Shown piece by piece: positions 1 to 11,176 of a DNA stretch of 64,000 nt. The position numbers were made by a program, and so were the translations under genes. Position 1 is the stretch's first letter. Each line of letters starts with the position of its first letter. The notes below the pieces were generated by a model, which saw only the letters and a list, made by a program, of their open reading frames with translations, did not search any database and was not told the origin of the DNA. This DNA comes from Guillardia theta CCMP2712 (Eukaryota > Protista > Cryptophyta): the NCBI RefSeq assembly GCF_000315625.1, contig NW_005434668.1, positions 366,938 to 430,937 on the forward strand, given 5' to 3'.

Positions 1-57
1 ACTTTAGCCCCTAGCACCACCCCTGGTACCTCACAAGACCCTACCTGGTATCGCAAG

Positions 58-274
58 CTTGCATGGAAGCGGCACCGAGGCCAAGCTGAAGTACTACGTC
101 CAGCTGCACGGCAATGACGCAGCCGAGGTCAGTTTGGTGTCAGACTGGTATCCCTGGAAGCGCTGTTTACCTTGCGTGAAGGTCACAAGGACCCTGCTGG
201 ACATGGTCAAGTTGATTGTGAGCTCTCTGCTCAAGCCGGAGCACAACGGCTTGAGATGGGCAGGCATGGAATGA
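58..274 (+). CDS. 3' end of an alpha-D-phosphohexomutase (PGM2/phosphopentomutase-like); partial, possibly a degenerate copy
   Basis: LHGSGTEAKLKYYVQ resembles the domain-IV motif LRxSGTEPKxKxYxE. Removing the in-frame GT..AG intron 128-181 gives ...VKLIVSSLLKPEHNGLRWAGME*, which resembles PGM2-type C-termini. The 5' part is outside the window or missing. Confidence 0.6.
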
Positions 275-2288
275 TCGTGTGATCGCTTGTCGGGATACAT
301 CATATCAGCTGCTCGTCGGTGGAGTGAGAGAGGCTCAACTCAAGGTCACACTAGTACTCTAATCAAGTCTACTACTAATACTAACACAAGTTGTCTGTAT
401 TGTTGTCTGTATCCTCTGCTCTATCTATTATGTGATAGATAGTCATCACATCGCCCGTCCGAGTCACGTCCCATCAAGCCCCACGTTTCCCTCCGAGCGA
501 AGGAGCAAAAGACTCATGGGTCGGTGGCCGGTCATATCTATAACCCACCCATCGTTGAATCTGCTGAAATTTTATCTGAGGAAGGGGTACTTCAGAGGAT
601 TCAAGGGCCCTTGCTATACGAGCAAGCAGGATACATGTTCCTAGGACAGCTGGCCATAGGGAGATACCCACCATTGTGACCTCCATGGTATCCGGGGGGC
701 GACATGTAGCAGTGGTACCAGCCAGCCTGTCAGTAAAGGAAAACATGTGAAAAGAATCACTTTGGTCTACTCCTCAGTAGCTGTAGGAATGAAAAGTCTA
801 TTTTTAGATTCACATGTACGACACTTTTCTATGAAAGAACTCATTTTCGTTTCCTGTGGGACCATGATGATATTTTAGTCACCACCCACCCTCGGATCAT
901 GATTCTTTTTCTTAATACAACCTTTGTTGTGACCCAACAAGCACCCCACCTTCTATGCTGGTCCTTCGTGCAGTGAGGGGCCGTCGAGTTCTAAAGGGTG
1001 GGTACCCCCACCAACCAATCAACATTCCATGAAATTACCCCACCCCTGATACACAAGCACCCATTTGAATGAATCTACCAGGGGTCCGTGTGATTCAATC
1101 ATAAGATTTTACTCATCAAAAGATCGATGTAAAAGGTTACCGAGCCATCAGGATAGCTTGACCCTCTCCATTTCTAACTTTCATGTGGTAAAGAAGGGGT
1201 AGGGTCCTATACCCTCCATTACCCCCTGACCTCCCACTACTGTAGCCCCGTCCGCATCAAGTGGCACGAGTGCTCCATTTAAAATAAACCTCTTAACCCC
1301 ACCCTACTTAATAATCCACCGACGGATATAGACTACTCGTTATGACACCCCACCCTTCCTAAAACCATTTTGAACCCTTTAAAGCACCCAAGACAGCTGA
1401 TGCAAAAACCACCCCACCCACCGGATTGAAACAAACCGAAACACCTACCCTTGGTTTCAAAAGAAAATAGAGGACCCCACGGATCTATAAGTGGTCTAAT
1501 AGAGGCTCGTGTAGGTCATATCAGGGTGGTAGGAGAGCTACGACCAACAGTGAAGCTATTCCAACGGAATGATCACCTACCCGAGCTACACAGCCCCTCC
1601 ACTCTACCCATGACTCTGCCTCTTTCACATTTCACCACCCCACCAAATCTCAGTACCCCACCTAATGAACCACTGTTGCAACCCCCCTACCCCAAAGATT
1701 CCTTAAAGAAGCTAATCTGGAAGGATGAATAAGGACCTGAAGACGGAGGGGTACCCCTGTTTCTTTCATGTCTGGAGTCAGTACCCCTGCTTCTTTCCTA
1801 CCCCACCCCCGATTTACCCATCCTATCCCTTCACGCGTGCGTTGCATCCTCCTCCCCCCACCCCTCCTCCTTGTTCCACTCACCCACCCTTCCCGCCCTC
1901 CTTGCACTGATCCTTCCCCTTCCCTCCTACTCGGTTTCATCGCATCCTCACTTGCACTGAGTGCCCTCACTCTCTCTTTCCTCTCCCCTCTCTCCCCCTC
2001 CTCTTCTCCTCTCAGTGCCTTGTTGCGTCATCCCTTGCAGCTATCAGTTACTTAAACGTCGGCTACTGTGGTCCCGCTCTACAGTAATTCAGCAGAACTC
2101 AGTTTCTGTTCTCTACAAACGACACATTGATGGACTATCAATAGGCCCACCCCCCTTCTCAATTTAGCGAGCGCCAGAAGTTGTTATTGACTATTCATCT
2201 TCTGTTGGTGCACTCGAAGATTTTTGCGCACGTTGCACCACAACCCCCCACGACTTCGTAACAGCGGTTGGGCCTAAGCCCTTCCAGT

Positions 2289-2718
2289 ATGGCGCAATCG
2301 AACATCGTAGCTCCTATGTTGGTTTCTCCTACTCCCATCCGACCGATTTCACCTGCGGGATCGCCTATAAGGTTAAGAAAGTCTCTCTGCCATGCGGGAT
2401 ATCTGATCTTTTTTTTACAGAGAGTCACAGCCATTGAATGAGAAACAGTGGGAATATCATTCCAAAGACAAGTTGTGTGAAGATGAAGAGTTGGGACAAG
2501 AGATCCTAGAAATCTTTCAAGGATCCCCTCGCAGCTCAACTGTGTACAGTAATTGTAATGCTTATGTTGATACTTTGCCCATCGTCAAGCCGCCAAGTCG
2601 CAATCAGAACCCGTTGATCAAAGACTCAATGTTCGATAACTGTCAGATCAACGACCGTGACGTGTACATGAGCAGTTTGAGTGCGGCTGTGTATAGCGAT
2701 TGGACTTCTAACAATTGA
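2289..2718 (+). CDS. small two-exon hypothetical protein with a PPxRxxNPLIxDxxF motif
   Basis: ATG 2289, exon 1 to 2371, GT..TTTTTTTTACAG intron 2372-2420. Exon 2 joins the 2434-2718 ORF in frame: MAQSNIVAPMLVSPTPIRPISPAGSPIRESQPLNEK...KPPSRNQNPLIKDSMF... Confidence 0.6.
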
Positions 2719-2960
2719 GAATCAATCCTTGGTGCCCTAGAAGTCTTTCTGTGAAATTTCGGCATCTTTCATTGTAGAATGTGTACAAGAACTTGATTGC
2801 ACTTTCTTGAAGGATTATACATGTTCCATTGCTGTTGTAAGACTACTTTCCTTCAGTGCAATGATCTGAAATGAATATAAACGTGCCTTGATCACATATG
2901 TCAAGATTATTTCTAAATAATTCCAAACTAATGAATAAAAGCCAGAAAAGAATACAGCGA

Positions 2961-4548
2961 TCATTTCGGTGTACACAGCTGTTCACCGACCTCGACACAT
3001 CGGACAGGTGCTGGAGGCAACTTGCATTCCACAGCGATGCAGTTTCCGTTCTGAACATGATGAAGGCGAACAGTTCCAGTCGGATCCTACACAAGTAAGA
3101 AAACACATGTGTTTCTTATGTCTTACCTTGCACGATAACATCGCGGCCAAGATTAAGAACGTTGAGTTCGTGGTTCCAACCATTCGAACGCTCTGAGCTA
3201 GATGAAAGAGCGAAGCTACACCCTCAACCACCTGCCAAGGAAAAAGTTACCCTGAACATTGGAGGTTAAAAGCCAATAGACGCAGTCCAACCTCATCAAA
3301 GGAACTTCTTCCATGTGCGCTGCTGACGTGGACAGAAACATTTCTGTCCCCGTGAAGCCCTTCGAAGAATCGGTTCGCCTCCTGGATGCCCTTCTCAGCG
3401 TCTGAGAAGATAGAGATGCGGCCGTCTTCCTTCCCCTCTGAAAGGTTGAGAGCACAGCGAAGCGCAGTCAAACGAGTCTCTTCGTTCATCAAGAAAGTTC
3501 TCAAGTGAACTCCAGTAAAGTTTGCATGGCTTGGCATCCTCCTATTCATTCTCCACAGTCTGAACGCAACTATCTTTGAGGGCTTCATCAAGTACTGGAG
3601 GACTGGGTAGAAGCAGCACTCTCTCCCCATCATCCGTTCTAGCGGGGCTCGCAGATGCGGGTTGTCAAGGATGAGATGAGAGTAGAAGTACCCGTAGGAT
3701 GAGAAAACTTGGATCACTCGTGATCGGAAGTGCTGGTTAAGATCCTCCTCAGTGCGCAGCAACGAGAGGAAGTTTTCGTCGTCGTCATGGAAGGAATGCC
3801 AGAACTTGACATCCTGGTGAAACTTCGCTCCATCGTGTTTGGTGACAACAACGTTGAAATCGAGGATGTGCGGAACATCAAGGAGATCGTGAAGTGCTCC
3901 CATAAACGACAACTCCCTGTTGGGATGTTTCCTTGGAGTAGTATCCACCGGCCAATCAACCAATAGCCCTCTGTCCCCCAGAACAAGACAAAGAATCATG
4001 CTTGAGGCTATTGCGAAGAGCCTATTGGCAAACCCAGTGAAGGGGTTGATGCGGACGAGCAGTACCTTCTTCTCAGCAACCTGCAACATTGTCTCGTCCT
4101 GCAGAGCCTCGAAGGCCTTGAAAGGATTGCTGTCTGCATTCTTGGAAGGAACAGAGGCAAGATGGCGGTCTACCTCATCATCATCTTTGCGCATGTCTTG
4201 CTGCTGGTCTTGTTGAAGTGTTCTCGTCCCCTGAATCTCACAACCCTCTGGGTACCTGCGGCGTCTTGCTGTTGGAAGGTAAACTGCCTCGACGGCTTCG
4301 CACCCTTCATTTCCACACCATCGAAAGAAGGTCTGCGCCCTCTCTAAACATAGCCTTTCTAGTTTGTACGCGATACCGCTGTCCTCCCAGGTCCCGTTGA
4401 CTATGCTTGTCCTTCGACAAGCTCCTACCAAGTGGCAGCGTCCAAAGTCCTCGTAAACGTATGGCTCCTCTTCGGCGTCTAAGCTGGCAACCAACGACGA
4501 TGCGAGGAGGATGCTGAGAACTGGTATGGAGAAGGGCAGACTCTGCAT
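2961..4548 (-). CDS. secretory-pathway fucosyltransferase-like GT-B glycosyltransferase (O-FucT/GT23/GT37-like), 3 exons
   Basis: Hydrophobic N-terminal signal (MQSLPFSIPVLSILLASSLVA). Motifs GFANRL, GVHLR and IFSD; the next exon gives GVASLFHLAQSVRMVGTTNSTF (motif III-like). Last exon DPTGTV...CTPK* ends at 2961. Confidence 0.75.
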
Positions 4549-4764
4549 CTTGAATGATCCTGCGCGATCGGTTTTCGTGCCTGGATGTCCGAGCCACATC
4601 CTCTTCACAGATGCGCCCCCCCAGCTACCATGGGTAAAGAAGTAGTTGTGCCATGAAGGTTCTTAAATGAAAGTTGGTTTGGATGAAATGAGAAGAAGAC
4701 TGCACAAGTTCAATGAAGTTCATGCTATCATCGTAGCTTCAGTACCTCCTCCTACACCCGCACT

Positions 4765-4835
4765 CGTCTGCCATCACAGATTCAGATGCTGGTCCCGGTA
4801 CCGCCGGGCCCGGGCCGCCGGGCCGAGTCCTTCAC
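4765..4835. repeat. short copy of the CpG-rich palindromic-word patch family
   Basis: ccggtaccgccgggcccgggccgccgggccgagtc; shares ccgccgggcccgggcc with the ~20355 patch. Confidence 0.55.
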
Positions 4836-5654
4836 TAGTTATTAATCTCTCTCCTCGTGCTGATTTTTAACTGAACTTTGAGTAAAGAGGTATACTCCGG
4901 GCTTTGAACCCGCTCCGAGTAAAAGGGCGCGGCCTGTTACGTGACACACAACACCTTGAGACCTCTTGAGCACCTGAAGGGTAAAGGCTGATGGTTGGTG
5001 ATTCCCTAAGTGTGTCCATAAGCCTTCCGTTTGTCTGTACCCCTTATTATGAGTCCAACATCCCCACAGATAGGAGTGCTTTAGACCCTGTTCCAGTTCA
5101 CCACCCCAGAATCTCGATGTACCCCACCCACGTCAAATTGTATGGATTGTCGACTGCAGGAAAACCGTAAAGCGGCAGACGAAAAAGAAAGATTTCAGTA
5201 CCTGCTAGGGGTGGGGTTATCAAATCGACTTGTCATGTGGGGGTGGGTACTATTTTCATTCGTCTACCAGGGTCCTTGGCTACACTAGTTTGAGAAGATG
5301 GGTGGGTAGAGTAGTGGATTGTTGGGGTGGGTACTGTGGTGGGGTGGGTATTGTGTTGGTGGACAAGAAGAAAGGCGCATTAACACCAAGGCCGGTAGTG
5401 TACCCTACCCTCTGTCATCAAATTTAAGAGTTGAGGTAACCCATCAATTAGAATGAAAATATGGCTTTAATGTGGGGTACTTACCAAAAGTGGTGGGTAG
5501 GGGTACTTCGTTGAGGAAACCAAGAAAAAAAGAAACCCCGTCGTTTCACCAATATTGGGGTCTCAACGGAGATGTGGGGTGGGTGGATTTATGAATATTT
5601 CAATCAAATATTCCAATAATTAACTTGACATTTGAAATTTCATAGAGACATTTA

Positions 5655-6400
5655 ATGGAGGGTGCAGAAACTTACGGTGAAGGTGGGTGGGGGAATCAGG
5701 CCTCAACCCACGGTCTCCGAAACAAGGAAGGGGAACGAGGACGAAAGCTTCTGCGCGCTGGTGAGGAGCGAAGCTGCGGTTTGAAGGGAGAAGAGAGAGA
5801 CAAGAAGGAAGAGGGAAGGCCGTTGAGTGAATAGAGTTTCATGGACTGAGGGGAGTGAGTAGCAAGGGGAGCAGAGAGGAAACATTCAAAAACGGGGAAG
5901 ACGTGGTGTGTTCAGACTGTCTCCGAAGCTTGGTTGAAGCTGGGAAGACGAAAAGGAGGCTGAAACATGTTGACTCGGAAGCCCTGAGACGGGAAAGCTC
6001 TAGTGGTTGTGCGTGAAAATCTGGCAAATCCAAGATGGGTTGTGCAATGATAACGCCAGTTGCTGTTGAAGAACAGAACGAGATTGAGATAATGATCCAA
6101 AACACGAGACTGAATCGCATAATGATGACCGATAATCGATTCATTAAGGAGTTCTCAGAAGATAACAGCCAAGGGCTAATCAGGGAGGACTCAAAGGATT
6201 CAACTTCATCGCAATTCAAAGTTGGATGGACGGCGCTGCTGGTAGAGGAAAGATATTTCCATACCATCGATGAGCCAAAAGTGTTGCTGCTGAGACCCTC
6301 GCCTGGTAAGCGTCCTGCTTGATCTTGAATGGAGAGCAGAGCCCTCAAGCTTCGTTGTGGAGCCCTCCTACTAGCATGCGGCTACAAGTAAACTGCCCTC
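5655..6400 (+). CDS. possible multi-exon hypothetical protein
   Basis: Open stretches NEDESFCAL, EETFKNGEDVVCSDCLRSLVE... and the 6035-6322 ORF with plausible GT donors. No family recognised and exon structure unresolved. Confidence 0.3.
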
Positions 6401-6621
6401 GTTGAGTTTCATTGCAAACAAAACAGAGGTAGACTGAGCGAAGTGATGCATCTATACCATGAAATCTAGGACTTTGGTGTATCGCACAAGATTGTAACAT
6501 AACTGTTGAATAAATCGACTACTGTGCAGAACTCCAATGCAGAACTCCAGTGAAACGAAAGGGGGGAAGGGTCATCAATCGCACGACATCGAGCTGTTTG
6601 ATTCCGTATCTTGCTCGTAAG

Positions 6622-7868
6622 CTATGCCTTGGCCGTTGGCTTGAAAAATGCAGTCATTGCCTGCTGAAGAGCATCAAGACGACGATTGAGAAACTCCGTG
6701 GAAGCGGATGACCTGCATGCCCTTTGTGGGTATTTTATCCGCCTTGGAACTTGTCTTTGATTTCTTCTGCTGCGATCCGGGAGCTGCAGGAGCATCAGAG
6801 GAACCAGAGAGGAGATTCCCCGGTAGAGCAGGACCTTGTTCTGCCTCCCTCTTGGAGGGCCCCGAGTTGTGAGTGCGATACCTCTCATCGCCTGGAGAGG
6901 AAATTTCCTGGATAGTAAGTGAGCTATGATGCACCCCATCTCGCAACGTGTGCCTTTCACCTTAGTTTTTGTGAGATGTTCTGCTGTTACCCCAAACGAG
7001 GCCTTCAGGCTCTGCACCCACTGCTCGGCGAGGTAATCTCCCACTAACAGAATTCCAAATATCATGCGCTCGCGCTCAGACCGGATTCCATCGGCCTGTT
7101 CCTGTGTGTGAAGGTCAGGATCCCTTGATATCTTCACAGGATCTGACCATCAACTTGATCTTTTCTGACATAGACTCTTCCTTCGAAGGGTCTGCTACAA
7201 CCTTGGCATCACAACGCCAATCCCTGCAACTGAACCCCGGGTATACATACTCGACAACAGCGAAAACTTTCGATCGCATCCAACCCAGAACTTTGTCATC
7301 GCTGAGCCGAAAGTACTGGTCATCGCCAACGAGCTGTACATCGCACAAAACAGAAAGATCGTCTTGTTTCGTGACAGAATTCAAGATCGACGCGCTTTCA
7401 TCGTCTGGGTTGTCAATGAAAATCTGTTCTTTGCTGCAGAAACGGCCAGCGTGCTCAGCCGTCTTATTCCTGGCCTGCTCCAGAGGTCAAAACACTGGAG
7501 ACTCATGTGTCCTGGGTGCCACTCACCTTTTCCAGGAAAGGGAGCGCCAAGAAAAGAGGATCGACCCTGGTAGCAAGGAAGAAGTCCCCTTCAGCGATGC
7601 ACGAGTCTCCGACGAACCAGCAAGAATACTTGTTTCTCTTCGCTCTCTTCACTTCCAGCACTGCCGTCACCATGTCAGAAGAAGACGAGGAAGACGGGGC
7701 GATACCTTTGCTGTCGATGTGTAGGTACAACACTCGCTCTTTCCCGATGTTGTGACTGCACCTGAAGAACTTGTGCAAGCCCGAATCACTGCCGAGCAAT
7801 CTCCCATCTTCAATGATCAGAATCCTCTTGTTGCTGTTGGATACTGGGCGCTGATCAGCAGAAGGCAT
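6622..7868 (-). CDS. RNASEH2B: ribonuclease H2 subunit B (Ydr279/RNH202 family), multi-exon
   Basis: WFVGDSCIAEGDFFLATRVDPLFLALPFLEK, YFRLSDDKVLGWMRSKV and GILLVGDYL. After splicing, a C-terminal PCNA PIP-box KGMQAMTAFF. Confidence 0.9.
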
Positions 7869-8279
7869 CTAGAAAAAAGTCAAGACAGTCTCGAATCGCA
7901 AAGGTACGGAATTTGTTATTATGGTGAACATTGATACTAAGGAAACACCCTCCGCTCGTCCCATCTGATAAATAGCTCTCCTCTCCTTGTTGTCCCTTCC
8001 TGCTTCCCTGTCTCCTAACCTCCCCCCTGCCCCCCTCCCCTCTCCTTCCCTCCCTCTCTCCCCGTCTCCTTCTCTCCTCCCTCCCCCTCTCTTCCCCCCT
8101 TGCTTCATCTTGCCTCAACCTCTTTCTCCTCTCTCTCTCTCTCTCTCTCTCTCTTGCTCTCACTATCTCTCCAATTGTGCCTCTCTTCCCCTTGTTCCCC
8201 ATCCGAACCATTTTTTGCGGGAAACGAAGGGCCTTTTGGTCGGAGAGACTTTAGAAAATTGTGGAGTTTCGCAGGACTC

Positions 8280-8757
8280 CGATTAACTCAGTTGGCACTG
8301 CCGCAGCACCGTAGCACCGTGACGGTGATCGGACCGTACTCCGCCATACCGTCCGGGCCCCCGGGCGGCCGGGCGGCGGGTCCCGGTGACAACGCCGCGT
8401 GGAGGCCGGGCGGCTGCCGAGGGGAGGCTACCCGGCTACCGTACGGTGAAACTTTTGCAAATAATATGATAGATGATCGGATAAGAAGTTAACAAGTTTA
8501 CTCTGTACGGCCCGGTGACTCATGATCGGCTAAGACCGTCTCTGAGCCTCGAGGCTCAGCCAAACTTCCGAATCCGATAAGTTCTGAGAACAGAAGTCCG
8601 AATCCGGCTTGAATAGCTCTGACCTTACTCCGGGAGCTATGGAACCGTGCCTGGTGCCAGCGAAGTTCACTCAGTGGGCCCCGCCGGGGCGCCGTTTCTG
8701 CATCACTGAGTCATTCAGGTAGACCCGAGCACCCTGGAACTTGAACTTCCGGGAAGT
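8280..8757. repeat. CpG-rich palindromic-word patch (dispersed family)
   Basis: Dense recurring words gtgatcggaccgtac, ccgggcggccggg, ccgtacgg, atgatcgg, actcagtg, tgagtca. Confidence 0.6.
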
Positions 8758-10473
8758 TCATGGGCGATAGACTTTCATCGTGTGAGGAGGGGTAGACTTC
8801 ACGTTGCAGACAGGGCATCTGTCGATGACGCCTTGCTCGAGCAGCAACGAACAAACTTCACAGATCGCCAGGTGACCGCAGGGCACAATCACATGCGACA
8901 GCACATTCTCCATGCAGATCACGCACTCGTCCTCTCCTTTGTCGCTCCTTGCATCCATAGCTACCCCTCCACCCGCGGCACTGTGCCCTGCTGCCTTGCT
9001 CTCAGCCATGTCCTGCGGTAGTTGTATCGCTCCTCCTGCCGCATCCCTTTCTCCTCCTCCGACCTCACTTCTTCCTCCTCCTGCAACTCCTGCACAGATC
9101 TCATCATCACCGCTGGGGCTTATCACATCTTTCTGCTCGAGAGGGGCAAGAGGAGAGCACTCATCGTCGAAGGAGGAAGTCAGCCAGGAGCGCATGGCAA
9201 GCGGAGGATGCTGGAAGCCTGCGAACTTTGTCTTGGTTCTCAGCATTCCAGGAAGACGTGGAGCCCTGTCAGAGTCGAGGATCGTACGGCCAGCCGCCGC
9301 TTCCCTGAACCCGCTTTCTCTGGAGCTCTCAAGCAGCTCGTCCACACCATGACGAGGTCTAGTCAGCTCTGAGGAGGGGGAGAGCGATCCAGCAGGAGGA
9401 TCGTAGCCTTGAGCGAGTTGCCGGACGCCAAGACTAGCAATGTCGTCGAGAGCAGCAGCCATGGCAGGGGCCGTACTTCCCTCCTCCTGCCCGTCCTCCC
9501 CTCCCTCCTTGCCCGTGCGATTGAAAGTCAAGGGATCGCTCCAGGAGCTGAACTTGGCTCTGCTCCCGTACCTGATTCTCACGCTTACCTCCAGTCTCGC
9601 GCAGACAGCATGCAGCGGCAGAGGCTGCACAGAGCAGACAAGGTCCCCGTGCACCGTCAGGATGGGATAGCAGTGCTCGTTCACCCTCAGCTGGGAGTGT
9701 GTTGGGAAAAGCGAGGAGGAGGATGCATGGAAGCACTTGTTCTCAGGGTCCACCAGGAACGTCACTGTCAAGAGCTTCGCCGACATCTCCACCACCCTAA
9801 CCCCCCTCGGCTTCGGGCACCTGCACCTCAACCCTCTCGAGTCCTGGGACTGCTCCTGCTCCATCTCAGCGAGGAGGTGGCGTGCCTGGTAGTCAGCAGC
9901 GTCTTCGAGCTTCTCCTCCTCCTCCTTCATGTCTCTCAGCGCTGAGCGCGTAATCTCGTGGGAAGGGTCCAGACGCAGGGCAGCCGCGAAAAGCTCCTCG
10001 GCCTTTCTGATGTCACGATCCTTCCTCCACAGCAGGCAGGCATAGTTGTGGAGGGAGAGGACATGCGTCGGGCAGAGCCGCAGGGCCCTCTTCAACACTT
10101 GCTCGGCCTTGGTGAAATCATTCTGTTTGCACAGCAGATGTCCGTAGTTGCTGAGGACTCCCAGGTCGCGCGAGTTCTTGGTGAAAGCTCTCTCCATGCA
10201 GCAGCACGCCTCCTCCAATCGCCCCTCATCATCGAGCAGGATCGACAGGTTCGTCAGGCATTCGACATTGTCCGGCTGGATCTCAAGGCTCTTGCGGTAG
10301 AAACTCTCTGCTGACTGCAACTTCCCCATCCTGTGGAGGACCGTCGCCAGCCCGAAGAGAGAGCGCGAGTCCCTCGGGTTCTCCTGGGTAGCTCGCTGAA
10401 ACAGCCTGAAGCTCTGCAGCAGAGCAGCGTCTCGCTTCTTTGCTTCTTGCGCTGCATTCGTTTCTTCTGACAT
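8758..10473 (-). CDS. TPR-repeat protein with a central FN3-like domain and a C-terminal C3HC4 RING (putative E3 ligase)
   Basis: About 4 TPR units (SLFGLATVLHRMGKLQSAESFYRKSLEIQPDN...). C-terminal CVICMEN...VIVPCGHLAICEVC...CPVC is an IAP/MGRN1-like RING. Single 571-aa ORF. Confidence 0.85.
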   Translation of the reverse strand: MSEETNAAQEAKKRDAALLQSFRLFQRATQENPRDSRSLFGLATVLHRMGKLQSAESFYRKSLEIQPDNVECLTNLSILLDDEGRLEEACCCMERAFTKNSRDLGVLSNYGHLLCKQNDFTKAEQVLKRALRLCPTHVLSLHNYACLLWRKDRDIRKAEELFAAALRLDPSHEITRSALRDMKEEEEKLEDAADYQARHLLAEMEQEQSQDSRGLRCRCPKPRGVRVVEMSAKLLTVTFLVDPENKCFHASSSSLFPTHSQLRVNEHCYPILTVHGDLVCSVQPLPLHAVCARLEVSVRIRYGSRAKFSSWSDPLTFNRTGKEGGEDGQEEGSTAPAMAAALDDIASLGVRQLAQGYDPPAGSLSPSSELTRPRHGVDELLESSRESGFREAAAGRTILDSDRAPRLPGMLRTKTKFAGFQHPPLAMRSWLTSSFDDECSPLAPLEQKDVISPSGDDEICAGVAGGGRSEVGGGERDAAGGAIQLPQDMAESKAAGHSAAGGGVAMDARSDKGEDECVICMENVLSHVIVPCGHLAICEVCSLLLEQGVIDRCPVCNVKSTPPHTMKVYRP

Positions 10474-10521
10474 GCGTCAAGGAGCAACCGGAGTCAAGAC
10501 ATGCCCTCCTTCACATGGTAT

Positions 10522-10604
10522 CACCTCATACCAACTAGCATCACCTTACAGCTCATACCAACTAGCATCAACTTACAGCTCATACCAACTAGCTTCACCT
10601 TACA
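10522..10604. repeat. 27-bp tandem repeat, ~3 copies
   Basis: Unit gctcataccaactagcatcaccttaca, just upstream of the TPR-RING start. Confidence 0.85.
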
Positions 10605-11176
10605 CACGACATGTCTTCATGCGCATTTTCGTCTGCTGCCTGCTCTCCTTCCACCTGTCTCCTCTCTTAGTCGCCTCTCCTTCCCTTCACTGCCTTCTCT
10701 CAGCATAGCCTAAAGCCCCAATCTTTTTTCTGGAATTTGTCACAAACATCTGAGGCGGATCCAGCCGCGAATGGACAGGCGACATGCTAGCCAAGGAGAA
10801 ACGCAAGGGAGGGTGAAGAGGGGCAGAAGGCAGAGGAAGAGGAGGAAGAGGAGGATGAGGATGAGGAAGAGGATTACGAACAAAGGGTAGAATGGGGCAG
10901 GAGAGAAGAATCAGAGGAGGCGAAGGAGAACGGGGGAAGGGGAATGGAAGGAAAGGAAGGAATCAGGCAAAGCAGGAAGAACTCATTCTGAAAGATGTTG
11001 AGCTAGATTGTTCAACGATGGTAAAATTAAAGTTGTGATTTGTGTTGCATGTATTCTTTTGTCCTGGTGGGGTTTTTGAAGACAGTGAGAAAGACAATGA
11101 ACTCTTCACATGAATGCCAGAGTGTTTGACCTTTGCCTCCCATTCAGGTTCAGGAGGATAATTATGCTCCATTGAA

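Noticed and set aside
1662-2167. Pro-, Ser- or Gly-rich ORFs here and at 7855-8286, 20806-21480 and 60339-60666
   Set aside because: Translations of CT/GA low-complexity intergenic tracts with no domain signal.
4886-4955. tRNA-like T-arm on the - strand (CGGG-TTCAAAG-CCCG) with partial end pairing
   Set aside because: No proper A-box/D-arm or anticodon stem, and a mismatched acceptor stem. At most a decayed tRNA or SINE remnant; tRNAscan-SE would decide.
8330-8492. Pro/Gly/Arg-rich ORFs in the CpG patches (also 15902-16169 and 42958-43425)
   Set aside because: Stop-poor by composition, and open on several frames and both strands.
10522-10604. 27-bp repeats as a possible CRISPR array
   Set aside because: Head-to-tail with no spacers, no cas genes, and a eukaryotic context.
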